A stretch of 64,000 bases of DNA from assembly GCA_964270895.1 (NCBI GenBank), contig OZ185437.1. One strand, 5' to 3'. Both the position numbers and the translations under genes were made by a program. Shown piece by piece: positions 61,317 to 64,000 of this stretch. The stretch's first letter is position 1. Each line of letters begins with the position of its first letter. The notes beneath the pieces are model-generated. The model searched no databases and was not told the DNA's origin. It saw only the letters and a program-made list of their open reading frames with translations. The stretch comes from Podarcis filfolensis. Its lineage: Eukaryota.

Positions 61317-64000
61317 TATTTTTACTGATGTACTTGACTGGGGTGGGACAGCTGCCCCCCTGCCCCCGCCCATGGGAGAAGGGAAAATTCAACACAGAGA
61401 TGGATACTGTTTTGAAGCGTTAGCCTCATCTCAAGTTCCACACACAAAAACACAATACATGTTTGTAGAAATATGGTGCTTTTTGTTCCCCCACTGCAGG
61501 GGTCAGTGTTATTGCAAAGTTTACTTTAACACTCTTAACATGAACTTATCTATATAAAAAAATGCACTGAGTGAAATCTGTACAAAATGCAGTTGTATGA
61601 AGTAAGTGTTCTGGTTGTCACCGTTTACTATAAATAGTAATACTAGGCAATTTCAAAACAAAAGGAAATTTGCAAAGCTTGACACAACATACTAATGGGT
61701 TGTATCCAAAGTTAGTCATACTGAGATTAGGGCTTCTGGGCATGTCCAACATAGATCTATTCAGTTTGTCTACATTGAGCAGAAATTTGTTTGCTACAAC
61801 CCATTGTGTCATAAACAGATTCAAATTAAATTAGAACGGTTCTTTTCTGTTGGCTAATCCCTGCCTCCAGCAGGACTTTTTCTCTCACTGCCTTAATTTA
61901 TTGAAGTTTTATTTCTTAAAGAGAAGTCTTGTTCAGAAATGGTATATACTTTATTTCTGATGTTTTCAGAAGAAAGACAAACTTTTTTTAAGGGCAATTA
62001 CTGAAGTTGTAATTAAAATTATTATTCTCCTTTCAGATGAAAGCAAAGTCCAAACTGTCATTCAAAATGACTATTCCATTCATGTCAACATTAAAAATAA
62101 CAATTAAAGGAGTTTCTGGTCTCTTGGTAATCACACAACTATAAAGATAGTTCAACTCAGAATTTGCCTGTTAAATATGGATAAGTGTTTCCTTTAGAAG
62201 AGGAAATTCTCTTAAGGAAGTTGTTTTAAGATAAATAAAAGTTCAGGATGAAGCCAGCAAAAGGTGTGAAGGATTTCTCTTTGATTTCCCAATCTGTGTA
62301 TTTGGGCTGAGACACATACTACATTTTATGCACATATTAATAGGATGCTAATAAGCCTACAGTCTCTGTTTTAACATCGGTTTGTAGAGACAGCCTGATA
62401 TATTAGCCTTCTCAAGACAGAAGGCGTCTTCCTCCCACCTTGCAGTAAAAAACTCAGGCTCTGCTCTTCAGAGTCATATGAGGAGTCAAATGAAAGAAGC
62501 AACTCTTTATTTTTATACAGGTCTGCTTAGTAACTAAACTAGCCTCTTAAAACTGACTTGCCTTTTCAACATAGCAGTTCCAGATTATTTTAGAATATAT
62601 AATGTATTTCTTCCCTGTGTTATTATGATTAATTGGACAAAAACTGTGCATAGTTGGTGTGAATAATAATTCTCATTTTTTAAACATGCAACTATGTTTG
62701 TGATGGCTGTTTAAATACTTGGTGAAAACCTGATGAACAATTCTGCTTGACCTGCTTCAATTCTTAAATATTTCAGAAATGTGCACAGACAGGAACAGTT
62801 TTTTTCTAAAGTTAATTTTATAACCATTTATGATGTCACAAAAATAGAAATGTATCGACTCGGCAGTAGAAAACAGAAATAGAAGAAAGTGTCTTTTTAG
62901 CCTTTTAAAATGCAATATCGTTATTTTCTTTTTTAAAAGTAAAATCAAAGTCCCGCAATGTATATGGAAGGTCCAAATGTGTATTGCTGAAGAAATTAAT
63001 TTTGAATTTATACTTAATAGGCACTCTCAACACCAAGGAAGTCCATCTAAGATTGCAGCCATTAAATGACACTATTTACATCTTATATTATACAAAGGTA
63101 AACCAGAAAAAGCAATTTCTCTCTGTGTGCTTAATTCCTTCCAAACTAGTCAATGTGTTTTCAGTTTACCAGTTTCATTTGTTTTATTTTTGGATTCTCA
63201 GGCTTCACAATGAACAACTTATTTAAAAATAAATAAAATGCTTTAAAAACCTTGAACATACCAGAAAACACCATCATTTAAAAATTGGCATTTATTCTTA
63301 ATGACCTGAATGTCATATTAGATATATGTTTGGGGGGGGGGGTTTGAAGCTCAATCCTGTAAATGGCAGAGGAGTCTTTAGAAATGCAGCAATTTGCCTT
63401 AGAACACGATAAAAAAATGTGCAAGCATCTCAAATAAAACAAGCATATGAATTACTATCTTGTGGGGTGCTGCCATGTCTGCAACATGATGCACAAGCTA
63501 TTTGTACAGTTCTATTTGCACTGCTTGGTGCTAGCAGAAACACACACAACTCCTCCACAAATGCCTCTCTGAGTTGTGCGTCAGAAAGTACAAGTTCTTT
63601 GCTTGTGACTATAGTGTGAAAACAATAAGTACATATTCTATGTTTGGCCTTCTGTAAGTAATCCATACGTATTCAAGTACCAGCTCATTTTGCAACATAA
63701 ACCTTTCCCCCAGACATTCAAGCTGCACAGGGTGCCTACGGGGAAGGTGGCAGTGGGATCACAGCAACAAACTCCATCTCTACCCTACATGAATTTCTTT
63801 AGAGCAGGAATGCGGAACTTGGGAAACTGCAGGTGTTGCTGGACTAAAACTCCAATCTATCCTTGCCAACATAGCCAAGGGTCAGGGATGATGGGAGTTG
63901 GAGTTGAGCAACTTCTGCAGGTCCACATGATCTCCACCCGCAATTTAGAGGTCTGAACAGAGCCTACATGTGTATAACCAATCTGTTTTGGATGTGAATT

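Noticed and set aside
61618-61824. ORF with WVVANKFLLNVDK
   Set aside because: At most a decayed LINE RT word (W..N.L.LN..K); too degenerate to call.
21000-64000. Scattered single CTTTGAT/ATCAAAG and AACACCT words
   Set aside because: About the number expected by chance in 64 kb; only clustered cases were kept.
1-64000. CRISPR arrays, rRNA, prokaryotic operons or defence systems
   Set aside because: None seen; this is intron-containing vertebrate DNA.

Overview
Vertebrate genomic DNA, most likely from a squamate and probably a lacertid lizard (inferred from a Sauria SINE and lizard-type MITEs and SINEs). The one confident native protein-coding gene is Brachyury (TBXT/T) on the minus strand. 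I reconstructed 8 coding exons from 14946 down to 4490, all with GT..AG introns, totalling 1308 nt (435 aa plus stop). The promoter (~14950-15720) has TCF/LEF, E-box/CCAAT and GC-box motifs and lies in a CpG-rich domain of ~12.2-21.4 kb. The ~49 kb upstream is a repeat-rich region with no recognisable native gene and several T-box/FOX motif clusters that are candidate enhancers. It also holds an intronless SUB1 (PC4) retrocopy with an intact ORF, nested inside a 5'-truncated L1-like LINE with two separate target-site duplications. Other points of interest are a perfect 61-bp palindrome upstream of TBXT, tandem NAGNAG acceptors at exons 6 and 7, nested MITEs, and a 155-N assembly gap in the presumptive 3' UTR. 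All enhancer calls are motif-level inference only. Repeat family names come from recalled consensus sequences, not from a database search.
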